From the NCBI GenBank assembly GCA_002256025.1, contig NKIB01014164.1:1-46619 (forward strand): 46,619 nt of DNA, written 5' to 3'. The stretch is from Asterionella formosa. Lineage: Eukaryota. Position 1 is the stretch's first letter. Every line of letters starts with the position of its first letter. A program made the position numbers and the translations under genes. This document shows, in pieces, positions 24,273 to 36,690 of this stretch. The notes under the pieces are model-generated. The model ran no database searches. It was not told the origin of the DNA and saw nothing but the letters and a program-made list of their open reading frames with translations.

Positions 24273-24572
24273 TCTACTAAGTAAGTCACTATTTTGGACT
24301 TCACACAGCCACATGGACTTGGTTTATCAGACCCAACGCAGGAAGCAAGAGTGATGATAGAGGAAAGACGGTAAGGCCAGCGGAAATGAACCGAATGGTG
24401 AATGAATTTTAGCGATGCGATGTTGCCAAAGTGTCGATATTTCCGGATACACTAGCGACGGCTGGATGTGGACTTTGCTTGGAAGCACACAACAATGGAT
24501 AGAGAAAGGGAATCCTTCTCAATTCCTAGCGCAGCGAGCGGCCAAGCAAAGCGATACTGATCATCTCACTAG
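24273..24572 (+). mobile_element. Possible non-autonomous Helitron (300 bp)
   Basis: A|TCTACTAAG at the 5' end; GC-rich GCGCAGCGAGCGGCCAAGCAAAGCGA shortly before a terminal CTAG; the next base is G rather than the usual T. Confidence 0.35.
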
Positions 24573-25959
24573 GTATTAGCGGAACAAATAGTCTACGACA
24601 AGAACTCTAGCAATTACTGAATAGAAAAAGACGAAGCAAAGGATGAGGAGCATAAATTTGTGTAGAAACAGCTGTTGCATATTTTAGCATTCCTTGCATG
24701 TCGCTGTAATGACTCAAATTTGAGATGTGCCGCAATGGCCTTCTCCTTCTCGGACTGGCTAAATAACGTCTACGTTGATCACTGTAGAAAGAACTATTTG
24801 GGAATTGAAGCAAGGAGGACTGAGAAGCTGAGTACCATCTGCTTCATTGAATTCAACATCTTCATAATCTCTATTTTTGGCAATATTTCGCACTTTTTCT
24901 GCAAAACAGTCAATACACTCCATAAGCATTTACTGATGTCTGATTTGAGCATTACAACTCTGTTCGAGAAGCTTTGGATGATCAAAACGATAAAACACAT
25001 CAAATAATAGTTGTAATTGAGATGTGCTGCAATGGTATTCTCCTTTTCGGCGCAGCTTCCAATAAATCACAGCGATAACTTCAGTAAGCAAAATAAAGTT
25101 ACGCAGCAAGTCACGAAGAGCTGTGGTCAATCGAATTTATGGAGCTAAACAATTTCTTGCAAATTTTAGCACTCATTGCATGTAGCCGTAGTCAGTCGAA
25201 AATATGCATGGGATCTGCCACTCATAGTGAAATTCCCTAGACTTTTGCCTATAAAACTTCACAAGTAATACAATAGGTCGAAAGATGACGCAAAAGGAAG
25301 ATTAAAGTAAGGTTAGTTCCTAATTCATATTTCAATTGACAATGTTCAATTTGTCAATATTGAAATTCATGTTCACTAAACCAAAGTGAAGTTCAATTTT
25401 CTTGCAACATCTTTCATTAAAATTTTTAATTACTCATACTCACTCCTCGCTCCATTTGCCACTTTGATTCTTTCATCTGTCATCTCCACTGATTCTTCAT
25501 CTAGTTTGCTTGTCATGAACATGTAAAATTTCCTACGCAACTTTGCGTAAATCTTCTTCTTTGCCACTTTGTTGTATTTCCTCTTGCCTTGCTGCAACCT
25601 CCTCGAACTTCTAAATGTAGCTCTCATCATTCATGATACCTTCTTTAATTTCTCCAAACAGTTCCGGGGGTGCACTGTTCTGATCAATACAAGTCTAATA
25701 GATGTCATTCTTTCTTTTTCTTCATCCGAAGCTCCACATGCACCTTTTTCTTCATCTGTTGAAAGTACCAATATTTGGCTCCCTTGACTTGGTCTGGGGG
25801 AAAGTGAATAATCATGTTCGAACTCTTTGCACTCTTAATACTACTGGCTGTTACTGTTGTAGTTCTTCCCGAAATAACTGATGGAGTAAATCTACTGATG
25901 AAAAGAGAAGAGGCCGGAGTTGTGAATACTGGAAGAGAAATGGGAACTACTAGATCCAA

Positions 25960-27070
25960 TTTCATCAATCCACAGGCTTTTTATTGGAACCATTTCGTGA
26001 TCCCGACAAGTATTATAAGTTGTTTCTCATGGATTGGATAAAACAAGAGTTTACTTTCAAATCGGTATGATAATTGGTGATACAGACAAACACAATAAAA
26101 TATAGGGCTTTAGAGGAGGAGAGACTGGGAAATACAGACTTCATTCCTGTAGAGATTGTAGAGTTTTCTAATTGTAACTTGGATAATCCAGATGCTAAAT
26201 GCGTGGTACCATGGCTTGTGATATACTACACTAAACCATATTTGAAATGGGTGCGGAATAACCGTAATCATTCATATGGAAAGGTACAAAGTTTACCCTC
26301 TCACTTTGAAATCGAGAAAAATCACCAAAAATATGCGACGAGAGATGCTGAAATGGCGGTGTAGACAAATATCACAAAACATTATTATTCTGGCACTTAT
26401 GTACCACTATTTCGGTGGTGACATAAAGGGTATCAATTTTGCTACACCTTTCAAAACCTTATACCAAGTTTTAATTAGATTGATGAATCTGGTGTTGATG
26501 ATATAAAGCAATTTAACCTACATACCCAATGCCAGGACAAAAATTCTATTGGAACTATGTCTGTAAAGATTCTAAGAATCAATCTCTATTGTTACCATGT
26601 TACTTTTGTTTCCAAAGATGAAAGTGCAAAAACAATTTTAAGATGCAATCCGATTTGGAACAAAAAGGATAATTGCATTCATCAAACAAATTTCTGGTTT
26701 GATTGAGTTGAAGTGAGTTGGGGAAGTTGGAACGATAATTACTACACTGTACAGGCAAAAATACTTTTATGGGATAATACATGTCATCTTCTCAGATGGA
26801 ACCCAGTCTTTTCTGGCATCTGTTTGTTCGTTGAGAAACAACCCCATGAAAATGACAGCCCAAGATCGCATGCTTTTTGCTATGGGAATCTATATTTGCG
26901 ATGAGAATGGTACTGGTTTAAGCGTTGTTGAGCATAACAACATACTTTACACAGCATTTGTAGTCCCCGTTTTACAACCAGGTACTAACAATAAATGAAT
27001 GATTACAAGAGAGACCATATCAGCCATGGAATCTGTCGTAGCTATAAATTGACCAAAGCTTTTCATTTCG
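25960..27070 (+). pseudogene. Degenerate DNA-transposase C-terminus, Plavaka/CACTA-like
   Basis: Stop-riddled frames give ILRCNPIWN...WFD*VEVSW...VQAKIL and VVEHNNILYTAFVVPV, resembling the Plavaka-type C-terminal motif. Confidence 0.4.
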
Positions 27071-27472
27071 ATTAGCAAACAAACAATCAAACTTCGCCAG
27101 CATAATTCCCCATCAATATCGAGACCATATTATTCGTTATAAGACTGAGATCATCGTCGTCCCCGCAAGAAGGTAGCTTGTAAGGGATTCAACAAACGCA
27201 CATGGCTTGTAAGAAATTCGATTACTGATATGCAAATGGAGAGATAATGACGAATAATACCAGTACAAGAATTGGATCAAAGCATGTACTGGTAGAGCAT
27301 TCAAATCGGAATGGCAACAAGGATCGCACCGTTGTTGCACAGAATTCATTCTGATAGCCTTGTTGGGTACAGGGTTTACATAAAGCACGTAAGGTGATCT
27401 ATGAAAAGTCATAACCTTCGCTAAAACAATAATTGATCAAAGAACAACAGCTATTGATCAATCAAACAATGT

Positions 27473-27824
27473 ATCAATATATCAAAGCATTTGGTTAGCA
27501 TATTAGTTTTGATAACTAACATATATGACTTCTATCTATGCGTAAACTGACGTGTGTAAGAAAGTAATATGACAAAGTAATCTGACAAACAAATTTGATT
27601 GACCACACCGACACAGTCATTGATATATCATAATTATCATCAACATAACACAACATTTGATCAATATATCAATAATTTTGGTTAACCGATTAGATTTGAT
27701 AACTAATATATATGAGTTCTTGCATATGCATAACCTAACATATGTATGCTACTACTAACCAAATGTATAAATTTGATTGATCATACAGACACTGCCGTTG
27801 ATATATCAAAATTATCATCAACAT
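27473..27824. repeat. Diverged AT-rich direct repeat, about 187-bp period, two copies
   Basis: Both copies run ATCAATATATCAA...TTTGATAACTAA.ATATATGA.TTCT...AAATTTGATTGA.CA.AC.GACAC...TTGATATATCA.AATTATCATCAACAT, starting near 27473 and 27660. Confidence 0.85.
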
Positions 27825-27899
27825 GTCAAAATATTTGAATGATCAATCAGTTTTTTAACGTATGCTGAGTAAAATGTTAGATCTAATGGAAAATCGAAA

Positions 27900-29660
27900 A
27901 TCTATTCACAGACATTGCCGATTTGCTGTTGATGAGACACCGCCTTTATGATAGCCGCCTTGGTAGTTCCTGATGAATTGTTTCCAGGGGGAAAGGCGAA
28001 TGCAGAGGACTGGTTGCTTAACAAATGATGTATGTAGGCCACGAAAACGTGAGTGATGCGATGTCCTCCTGGCACATTGCGAAGCTGAGAATCGAAAAAG
28101 TCATTCGAAGTCCTCTATTGTATTTCATTTTTGGATTGTTACAGGTGAGGAGATGCTCTGTTGTTTCAAAAACTTTGCAATGAGGACAGGATGTCCTCCC
28201 TTTGGAGATGAGAGCGCGTCTTGAGCCGGTTGGTATCCAGCTATGGATGAACTTTGTGATCATCACTCGTTCATTTGCCGATTTGGCTTTAAATGCTTGA
28301 GAAATGCCACCCAATGAATATTTGAGTAAGAAAACTCTATACTATGTTTTTCTGAGAAGAATTTCTTGTACAGTTTTTGTTGTATCGCAACTCTCACTCT
28401 GTGAGAAGTTGCGCTGTGTATTCCTGTGTTTCCGATAAGCACACTGGCTCCCATTTGTGGAAAATGTGGTCTATTTGGACGCAGATAGCCGGTTAGACCT
28501 CTGGGATGCATCAAAAGATATCGCTCCGCCAGAGGATCTGCTCTTACATTTAGTTTCGTTGACAACAAGAGTCCCTCTATGTCTCTAGATGTGTCTTGAT
28601 GCAATCTTACCCAGCAAATCCACTTTCATTTCAGTTGGTGTACTGCCAACAATCTCTTGAAGTATGGAGACATTGTCGGCATTAAGAGGAGGTCGACCCC
28701 TTGATATGCCTTCCTTGATAACCTGGACCTGTTTGATCGCCACAGCACTATCACTCCAGATATACAGAGGAGTACTCGATGTATTCACTGCATGATACTT
28801 AATAAATTCTGTAAAGAACCGTAAAACTGAGGCGATTGCAAATAGCTCAGCTCGTGTAGAGCTGCTTCACTCTGGATCCCCATCAAGCGGGGGGCCTGAG
28901 CAAGAAACTGTTTCCCATGGAATATTCATATTTCCACTCTTCAGACGTAATGACCACGCGTAGGAGGATGCCCCATCCTTAAGTGAGTCGTCTCTTCCCA
29001 CTTGGCACGGAAGTCCCAGTCTCAGGTGGCGTATTAGCCTCGATTCTGTCGCAGTTGTATATTTTAGAGAGTGTGTCAATTTTGTAAGTATATTGAGAAT
29101 GTACCTTGATGATTTTGAAATGTGGTTGGGGAAGAGATAACATGTGAGCCATCTGTTGTGAGTCATAGGTCTGTGGAGTAGCCATGTTGTTTTGGTTTGC
29201 TGCCAAAGTTGTTTTGTAGATACTGAGTAAAAAAATTTCCACATTTGTGCTGGTGGACCTGTCCATTTTCCGAGACATTGGTGAAGGTATAGTGCAACCG
29301 ATGTCTTGGTCTTCAATAAGCATTTGGTTTGAGCTGATTTCCAGTCTGCTTTTTGCTGGTCTGTAGGTCAGGTTGGTTTGGCCAGAGAAGCGTAGATTTT
29401 CTGTCCTTCAATTTCTTGCATTTGAAAATTTCTGGGCGTAAACGCAACCAGTCCGCAGTGTCTATATCAGCAACCGTGGCAATTTGTGGAAATATCCGAC
29501 AACAGTTGAGATGGAACAATTTGAAATTGCTAATATTCGACTCCGAAAATGTCTCCATCAGAACTCTATCATGTCATATTGAGTGATTTGAATATGTCAA
29601 ACGGATTCATGCCTTGGCTGCATACAAAATCGTTAATTGGAGTAAAAAGTGTCCATGCAT
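27900..29660 (-). mobile_element. 5'-truncated, frameshifted non-LTR retrotransposon remnant (post-RT region, RNase H, CCHC knuckle)
   Basis: Fragments LNCCRIF..IATVADI...WPNQP; SLKDGASSYAW; SSTRAEL; IWSDSAVAI; LNVRADPLA; KFIHSWIPTG...CPHC...ETTEHLLTC. Confidence 0.8.
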
Positions 29661-30239
29661 GTATGTTGATCACATTTTTAGGGTATTTATAGTACATACA
29701 GAGAGTTTTTTAAAATATATTTAGCGATTTCGACAAGGAATCTATGTACATATTCTCAAATTTCCACTGAATAAAATATTTCAAATGGAATCACATCATT
29801 CAAAAATAGCTAATAAAATTCTCAATTGCAGCACCGATTGCACCACTATTACTTAGAGAAACCAAAATTTCACCATCAGATTACCCATAAATAAAATCCG
29901 TGGTACTACGGCCTGCACTACCATAGTGATATTTACTACGTAGGATCACGATCAGATTCATATTAGATATGTATTTTGTAGTAGCCACAACCGTAGGATA
30001 CCCGGTACATAAATGTGATTGGAAATACCGGTACTAATAAAGTATTGCAAGCATTTTGTATCATATACCGGTATATAGGTTACTACCGGTAATGAATTCT
30101 TAACAAAGACACTCCGTGCTGACCTCATATTGTCGCTGCACCACATTGCACCACCATAGACATACTGGTACTTCATTTGCAGAAGTGTCAGCCAATCAGA
30201 AAATCTATTTTTATTTTCAATTTCAACTTGTAGTCGTTA

Positions 30240-30299
30240 TCAGCAAATTCTACTTGTAATCAGCAAATTCTAGTCATAGTCAGAAAATTCCAAATGTAG
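30240..30299. repeat. 20-bp tandem repeat x3
   Basis: TCAGCAAATTCTACTTGTAA / TCAGCAAATTCTAGTCATAG / TCAGAAAATTCCAAATGTAG. Confidence 0.7.
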
Positions 30300-31249
30300 A
30301 ATGATTCCTATTTGTATTTCAAAGCAAGGAGATGGTTTGTTGAACCAGTAATTTGGTTGATCAGGCAGCAAATCCGTGTCATGTTTAGGTTTGATTCTGC
30401 AAATCGTCATAAGTCAAATGTGTAATGTATCCTGAGTTGTTACTTAAGGATTAATATTTTCATCAAGAGCTGGCCTGTCTCGTCTGGCAGGTATGGGGCA
30501 AATCATTGGGAGTGAATTGTAACTGAAAAGGTGTGCATAAAACGTGCGGTAACTGGTACCAGAGCATCCAGGAGAATATGGTAGATGCATGAGCGTCAGA
30601 ATTATCACGATAAAATAGGCTGTAAATATATGTGTTGTATTCCTACAATGTAATAGTATTCTACATAAATATAACGGGAGCACTAATGTGATAGAACTCT
30701 TCTCATCATACCGGTACACCCCTCAAGTTTTATGCATGATGGTGTTCACCACTTGAGGGTCAGTAAAATACCTGAACAGATCCTGGAGCTGATTGTTTGT
30801 CCACACAGCTGTCATACAATCCTTGTCCTGTATGGTTACATTCATCAGCAGGTTTATACTATGGCTGAGGCATACTCGCAAGTTTCTTTTGTTCCTATGA
30901 TGCTACTCCTGCAACATTCTTCTCTCCTTATCCTAGGTCATGATTGTTATTGCAATTGACATACATCTCCCCAACAACAAACTTTATTCAGCCCTTTACT
31001 TCTCCTCACCACCTGACTTGTTGAATTCAATTCCCTAGAGGAGCGAGCTGTCCATGCTGCCTGCCAATAAGGCCATTTTCATGAAACCAAAGATATTCAA
31101 TTAATTGATTTCCTTTTGTTCTTTGCTATTCTTCCATCCATTTAATGTTGATCACCTTGAAGATATTGTTCATGCATCTAGTATACTCTTAGGCATACCC
31201 TGCCCTAGACTATTAATATTTGAGGAGGAGTCAAACATTTATCAATTTT

Positions 31250-34200
31250 TTATTGCTTAGCTTCAGCAGTAGCACTTGCTGCCAATAACCCCCCAAAGAC
31301 GGAAGCTGGAACTGCCTTTGTCTTCACACTTTCAATTGGCCGGCTAATGGGAGTTGCTGCAGCCTCGTCATCGTCCTCCTCCAAGTCATTTATATCAATC
31401 TCATCATTGTCTTCATCACGTCCTTCATCCTCCTCCACCATGTTTACCCCAGCAGTGGCTTTACGAAGTTTGGCAACACGATCTTCAACAACTTCTAGTT
31501 CTGCATCCCCAGCCTTGCGTTTTTGTGCAACAAACCCGGACACCCTAGACTTGTCATTTTGTTGGCTTTGATGATGATATTCCACTCCTTCTTGATCTGC
31601 AATCATACTCATGGCTTGCTCATCACTAAGAGGGTTCATATCTTGATCCATACCAATCGCATTATAATTCACAGTAGAAAATGCAGCCTGCACAGAACGT
31701 TTGATGCGCAACATTTCACGAAAGGTTTCTTCATTGCCATGCGAAACTTCAAAATCATGCCATTTTCGCCAATACTCAGGCAATCGCCGTGGATCTGCCA
31801 TTTGGGCCCCATACGTTAGGACCGCACGCGCCCGATCAAGCTCCTGCAACGATGCTTCCATGTTACAAAAGTCCAAGCAAATTCTTGCTGCCGATTCGTC
31901 ATCTAAGGAACTAATGGCTTCTTGATAAATGTCACGTGTGGCAGTAACTCCCATGTATTTGATCGTTTTGGCAATGTACAGCTGATACGCCATGTACTTG
32001 TCTCCTTTTGGAACACGTTGACACATGTCCTTATACACATTCAGAGCACGTTTGGTCAGACCAAACTCTTCCTCAAAACTACCATTCATCAAACAAAATT
32101 CCGATGCCATTTCGGCAGGGCACCCTTCGAGACATCGTTCAAAGAGGTCTCGAACTCTCTCGACCTTCTTCCCCTGGTACCTTGCAATAAAATCATCAAG
32201 GTAAGCCCTCCAAAGGATCTTGGATGCCGGAAAGGTAAACAGTTCGACTCCACGCTCGTATGCAGAAAACGATTCTTCAAAGTATTTATGATCCTTGAGA
32301 AAGGCAGCAAAGTTTAAAACATGCATAGGTGTTGCAACCTTGATTTCAAGTGCTCGAGAATACGAATCCTTGGCTGTGGCCAAGGTACCAAGTGATTCTT
32401 CCAGATCCAACAAGAGGTCCCACAAGCGCAGGGACTTTGGTAATGTCTTGACCAACTTGGCCATACTTCCGGTTGCAGTACCATCAGGAGATGCCACCGC
32501 TTGTCGAGCAAGCGATAGTGCCTCGTCCCACGCTTCGTGTCGTAGTTCTAGTTCGACCCAGGCAGCATAGCACTGAGCCAGATCATCCACATCGCGAAAC
32601 GTATAATCATAGTCATTGCAGATTCGATGAAAAAGATTCCTAGACGATTCAATGTCAGATGCTTCATACAGTTTACTGAGAGCAAGGACAAGTTGACATG
32701 GAGTTCCATTGATAGCCTTTCTTGCATGAACTTTCGTCAATGCTTCTTCCAGAGCAGCAGTTGCCATGGTCATTTGTTCTTGCATTTGGTAGAGTTCAGC
32801 TCGACGAAGCCACTCCCTAACATTGTGTGGATTTTGTTTCAATAACACTCTGTTCAATAAAATTGGTCGTCGTGATATCAAATTTTCTGCCCGAGCCAAG
32901 GCAAGTTCCATATCGGCTGTATGAGAGGTCGCCCCTTTATTGTCCACCAATAATATATCCCAATCCTCGTCATCAGTTCGCCTCGTTTCCTTATTGTTTG
33001 ATTCTTCTTCGTCATCGTCGTCGTCTTCATCTTCCATCATGGCCTCCATGATTCCTTCTTCAAGTTTAATGTATGCATCGAACAGAATCGAAAAGTCTCG
33101 AACCTTACTAACAGCCTCCATCCCTTCTTCATACGTCGATCTTGCCATATCAAAGTCCCCCATGCGCGTATAGTAATCTGCCAATTTCGCCCAAAGGCTC
33201 CCCTCCAATTCTCCTAAATTCAACAAAGCGGTGGTGGTTGTGGTTGGTACATGAGCATCCACGTTGTCATGTTCATTTTCAACTTCTTCTTCCACAACAC
33301 TCCACGATTGTTTGGTCGGGACCAAGACACTTCGTACCAACCTTGGAAAATCAATTCCCACCTTGAGTGTTTCTTCTGGATAGTTGGTACATACATTGGC
33401 CAATGTCATCCATAATTCTGATTTCGTTGATAGTGTTGGATGATATGGATCATTCATGACAGATACAAGTAATGTTGCAGCTTCTCCTGGTCGATTCCAT
33501 ATCGGTTGTACACATTTCTGTGCCAATGTTTCTCTTGCTGTTAAGTCATAATAAAGTGCATGTCGACGAAAGATTCGTAATGCTGATTCTACAACAGGTA
33601 AGGATGTTTCTGCCCATTGTAGCACCGTTGGCCATATTTTGTCATGTTGTGTCACGGGGAGTGCTTCCAAACAGCGTTGTACCAGTCGGCGACAATGTGT
33701 ATAGTAATTATTAGTATCAGTATCAGTATCGGTAGGTGTTGTCAAAGGGTGATTCTGTTGGGCGCACGGCGGCGTGGGCCCTACCTGAACTAGTACCAAA
33801 TGCAGATAGTCCAACCACACTCGTGGCATACGTGAAAGCCTCATAAGACACAACTCAAATGCTTCTACAGCACGAGTGTACCTGAGTCGTTTGGTGGACC
33901 ATGTCAATGTAGATGACGGGACTTGGGAGGATAGAAAGAGCAAATGATTTCTCCATAATTTGTAACTTCCTGGAAGCAAGCGTGTGGCTCGAGTGGCGAC
34001 GGAGATTCGAACAGCGATGAGTTCCTTCTTGTACTCCTTGAATACGCTTGGTTTCATGTCGGTTCTGCCACCAATCGTGGCGAGCTTGGAGTCCTTCTTG
34101 TTGGAGTTGCTATTGTCCTTGTCACGCAGAGCTTGCAATAGAGAATCTATTTCAATCAGATACAGAACCCAGCCCTGCACGTCGTAGGGAGTTCGCAACA

Positions 34201-34279
34201 TGGACTCTTCATGATTCAGTAAGGATGGATAGGCGACTATTGATGCAAGAATGGACGACGAAGACGGCAATGGCGACAT
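31250..34279 (-). CDS. SYF1: Pre-mRNA splicing factor SYF1/XAB2 (HAT repeats)
   Basis: LPGSYKLW, MPRVWLDY, LPVTQHDKIW, LKQNPHNVREW, FEESFSAYERG and HGNEETFREMLRIKRSVQA motifs. Confidence 0.97.
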   Translation of the reverse strand: MSPLPSSSSILASIVAYPSLLNHEESMLRTPYDVQGWVLYLIEIDSLLQALRDKDNSNSNKKDSKLATIGGRTDMKPSVFKEYKKELIAVRISVATRATRLLPGSYKLWRNHLLFLSSQVPSSTLTWSTKRLRYTRAVEAFELCLMRLSRMPRVWLDYLHLVLVQVGPTPPCAQQNHPLTTPTDTDTDTNNYYTHCRRLVQRCLEALPVTQHDKIWPTVLQWAETSLPVVESALRIFRRHALYYDLTARETLAQKCVQPIWNRPGEAATLLVSVMNDPYHPTLSTKSELWMTLANVCTNYPEETLKVGIDFPRLVRSVLVPTKQSWSVVEEEVENEHDNVDAHVPTTTTTALLNLGELEGSLWAKLADYYTRMGDFDMARSTYEEGMEAVSKVRDFSILFDAYIKLEEGIMEAMMEDEDDDDDEEESNNKETRRTDDEDWDILLVDNKGATSHTADMELALARAENLISRRPILLNRVLLKQNPHNVREWLRRAELYQMQEQMTMATAALEEALTKVHARKAINGTPCQLVLALSKLYEASDIESSRNLFHRICNDYDYTFRDVDDLAQCYAAWVELELRHEAWDEALSLARQAVASPDGTATGSMAKLVKTLPKSLRLWDLLLDLEESLGTLATAKDSYSRALEIKVATPMHVLNFAAFLKDHKYFEESFSAYERGVELFTFPASKILWRAYLDDFIARYQGKKVERVRDLFERCLEGCPAEMASEFCLMNGSFEEEFGLTKRALNVYKDMCQRVPKGDKYMAYQLYIAKTIKYMGVTATRDIYQEAISSLDDESAARICLDFCNMEASLQELDRARAVLTYGAQMADPRRLPEYWRKWHDFEVSHGNEETFREMLRIKRSVQAAFSTVNYNAIGMDQDMNPLSDEQAMSMIADQEGVEYHHQSQQNDKSRVSGFVAQKRKAGDAELEVVEDRVAKLRKATAGVNMVEEDEGRDEDNDEIDINDLEEDDDEAAATPISRPIESVKTKAVPASVFGGLLAASATAEAKQ

Positions 34280-34926
34280 GATGGGGACTGTGGATGTGGT
34301 GATAATACATGTGGTGCTGTTCCCATGGGTATCAGATACACGACGTACATTGAGTACGATTTACCATTAAATACCAGGGGGTTAGTAATAAAATGTACCG
34401 GTATTACGTATACTGTATATATTTATGATTGGAAAATCGACCTGATGTACTTTCTACAAAGAAAATGAAACGTGGTGAGTACAGTATCTGCAACTTGCGG
34501 TAATTGCGCTGTAACTAAACCTTTAGCTTTCTTTATCCTATGTACCGGTATATAAAATTGTTTTTTTAAGGAAAATGACCGCAAATTGTTGGTTTAACAG
34601 ATACTGGTTGGTACTTGCAGAGGGCGGCGGTGTGGTCATTTTGCTGAAACTGATGATAAGGCATCAAGGCACCAGACATCAGACATCAGGCCTGTATTTA
34701 ATGTCATCATGGAAAAACGTCTTAAAATTCATGGTTGAAACCTTCGGCTCCCACTATCAATACCGGTATATAGGTACATTTGCCGGTAGCATGACTCAGG
34801 TCTGCACGACTCCAAAATTTCCCAAGTCTCACAAAACAAACAATCCCTTTCCTACAGCACAAATTCACAATATCGATATCGTTCTATTAATTCTGCAACA
34901 GAGAAGGAAATTGATCATATTTGAAA

Positions 34927-35994
34927 ATGGCCGCCTGCATCAATCATTTCCGGAAGCAGCTCCGTGTCGATTGGAAAGATGTCATCCCAGGAGTTGCTCT
35001 CGTGATCCAAGTTGCATTTGACAATTTCTTCAATGGCGCATTTCCAAAGGCAGCAAGCACCTCTGCTAATACAGACATTGGTAGTGGCCCACAATGCACT
35101 GGCCATCTAGAGCTTGTCTTGCGCACTGTTGCATTTGGAATTACAATGGCTGTGGGTGTGGGATTCATGAAATGGAAGGCTGACGTTTTCCACATGGTAT
35201 TTAATGCTGTCTTTGTGTTTTGTTGGTTGTTTGCTATTTCTGATTTTCCCTTGACATGCTGGATCAATAGTGATGGAGCCCTGACAGCAGGTCAATTGAT
35301 GTTAGTGAGCATGATAAAATTGCTTTTGACTGCAATGATTGCGATTGGTGGGGTACTCATTTCATTACACCGCTGTGCCATGAGAAATGAAGTTACGACT
35401 CGTCATTTTTGTTCTGCACGTCTGGAACAAAGAGGATTAAATTCGCCAGATAGTCAGGGTCAAGATGACTTCCGCACAGTTTGGCAAAAAGTAATCCCAG
35501 AAGTAGCCATTGTGTTCCAATTTTCGTTGGACAGTATTTTCAATTGGGCGTTTCCAAAGTCAACAAGCACCCCCACAGCGAATACTGGTAGTGGCCCACA
35601 ATGCACTGGCGATCTCGAATTTATATGGCGCACTATTGCATTTGGAATTACAGCGGTTGTGGGTCTTGTATTTATGAAATGGAAATTTCAAAATGCGCAG
35701 TATTGGCTGTTCCATTATTTATTGAATGTTTACTTTGTGTTTTCCTGGTTATTTGCAATTTCTGACTTTCCCTTGACATGCTGGATTAATAAGGATGGAG
35801 CTCTGACAACAGATCAACTGATCAAAGTGAGCTTTACAAAATTTTGTATAGCTACAATCTTTGTGAATGTTGGGGTACTTGCTTCCTACACATTGCAATA
35901 CTCTAACATTGGTGGTGAACAGAACATGTCTGCTGAGGCGGAGTCTCTTCCCGAAGCAAAGAGCCAGCAGCATTCTTCACCGGATGATACTTAA
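34927..35994 (+). CDS. Membrane protein built from two tandem homologous 4TM units, DMP/DUF679-like
   Basis: Near-identical internal halves (GSGPQCTG.LE...RT.AFGIT..VG..FMKWK; VF.WLFAISDFPLTCWIN.DGALT..QL); intronless; the family call is tentative. Confidence 0.7.
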   Translation: MAACINHFRKQLRVDWKDVIPGVALVIQVAFDNFFNGAFPKAASTSANTDIGSGPQCTGHLELVLRTVAFGITMAVGVGFMKWKADVFHMVFNAVFVFCWLFAISDFPLTCWINSDGALTAGQLMLVSMIKLLLTAMIAIGGVLISLHRCAMRNEVTTRHFCSARLEQRGLNSPDSQGQDDFRTVWQKVIPEVAIVFQFSLDSIFNWAFPKSTSTPTANTGSGPQCTGDLEFIWRTIAFGITAVVGLVFMKWKFQNAQYWLFHYLLNVYFVFSWLFAISDFPLTCWINKDGALTTDQLIKVSFTKFCIATIFVNVGVLASYTLQYSNIGGEQNMSAEAESLPEAKSQQHSSPDDT

Positions 35995-36690
35995 ACATGA
36001 CAGTTGTGGAGGTCATCATGGAATATGTTAGGAATGTAAGTGTTAGTATCATCATCAAATAATACATATATGGAATCCTTGGGTCTAATTTGTTCGATTA
36101 CTAAAACTAGGAAAACCTCTGCAAGGAAGAGACATGCATACATACTATGTAATGGGAAGAACCACAACCTGGTACTCACAGTCCTACTAGAAAATACTTA
36201 AAAGGTGCTTGTTCATCTTTATGATACAAGAATGTACAGTATACATGTGTATAGGAAGTAGCAAATAGTTTTTTTTCGTGTCATGGAATGACGATATTTG
36301 CCTTCTGTCATGATGCTGTTTGGCAAAGCAATGAGGAGCCGAATAAATAGGATTCATATACCGGTAATAAGAAGAAAACATTCTTTGTAATGTAATTTGT
36401 ACGTAGCTACATAGTATTTCAAATACGAAGTCATATTATGTATTACCGGTTTGACCTGGTCCTATGTACGGCACCCACACCGATACTTCGTTGAGGTTGT
36501 TCGCCCACTACCGGTATGCTGGTCATTTCTTATGACAGCGGCTCAAAATTATCGTCACTAACAATATTTATCTCATTACTATTATATGCAATACTCTCAA
36601 ACTTCGCTCCACAATCGTTTCGTTGCATACACCACAAACAGTTATAAATATCTTTCTTTACTTAAATAACAAGCAGACGAAGACCTAACT

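Noticed and set aside
24600..25960. Short fragmented ORFs on both strands
   Set aside because: Probably decayed TE or gene sequence, but no recognisable motif supports a call
29918..29930. CACTACCATAGTG as CACTA element termini
   Set aside because: Only 13 bp with no partner TIR or TSD; compatible with chance
30730..31200. Possible gene fragment on the minus strand
   Set aside because: Multiple stops and no identifiable homology
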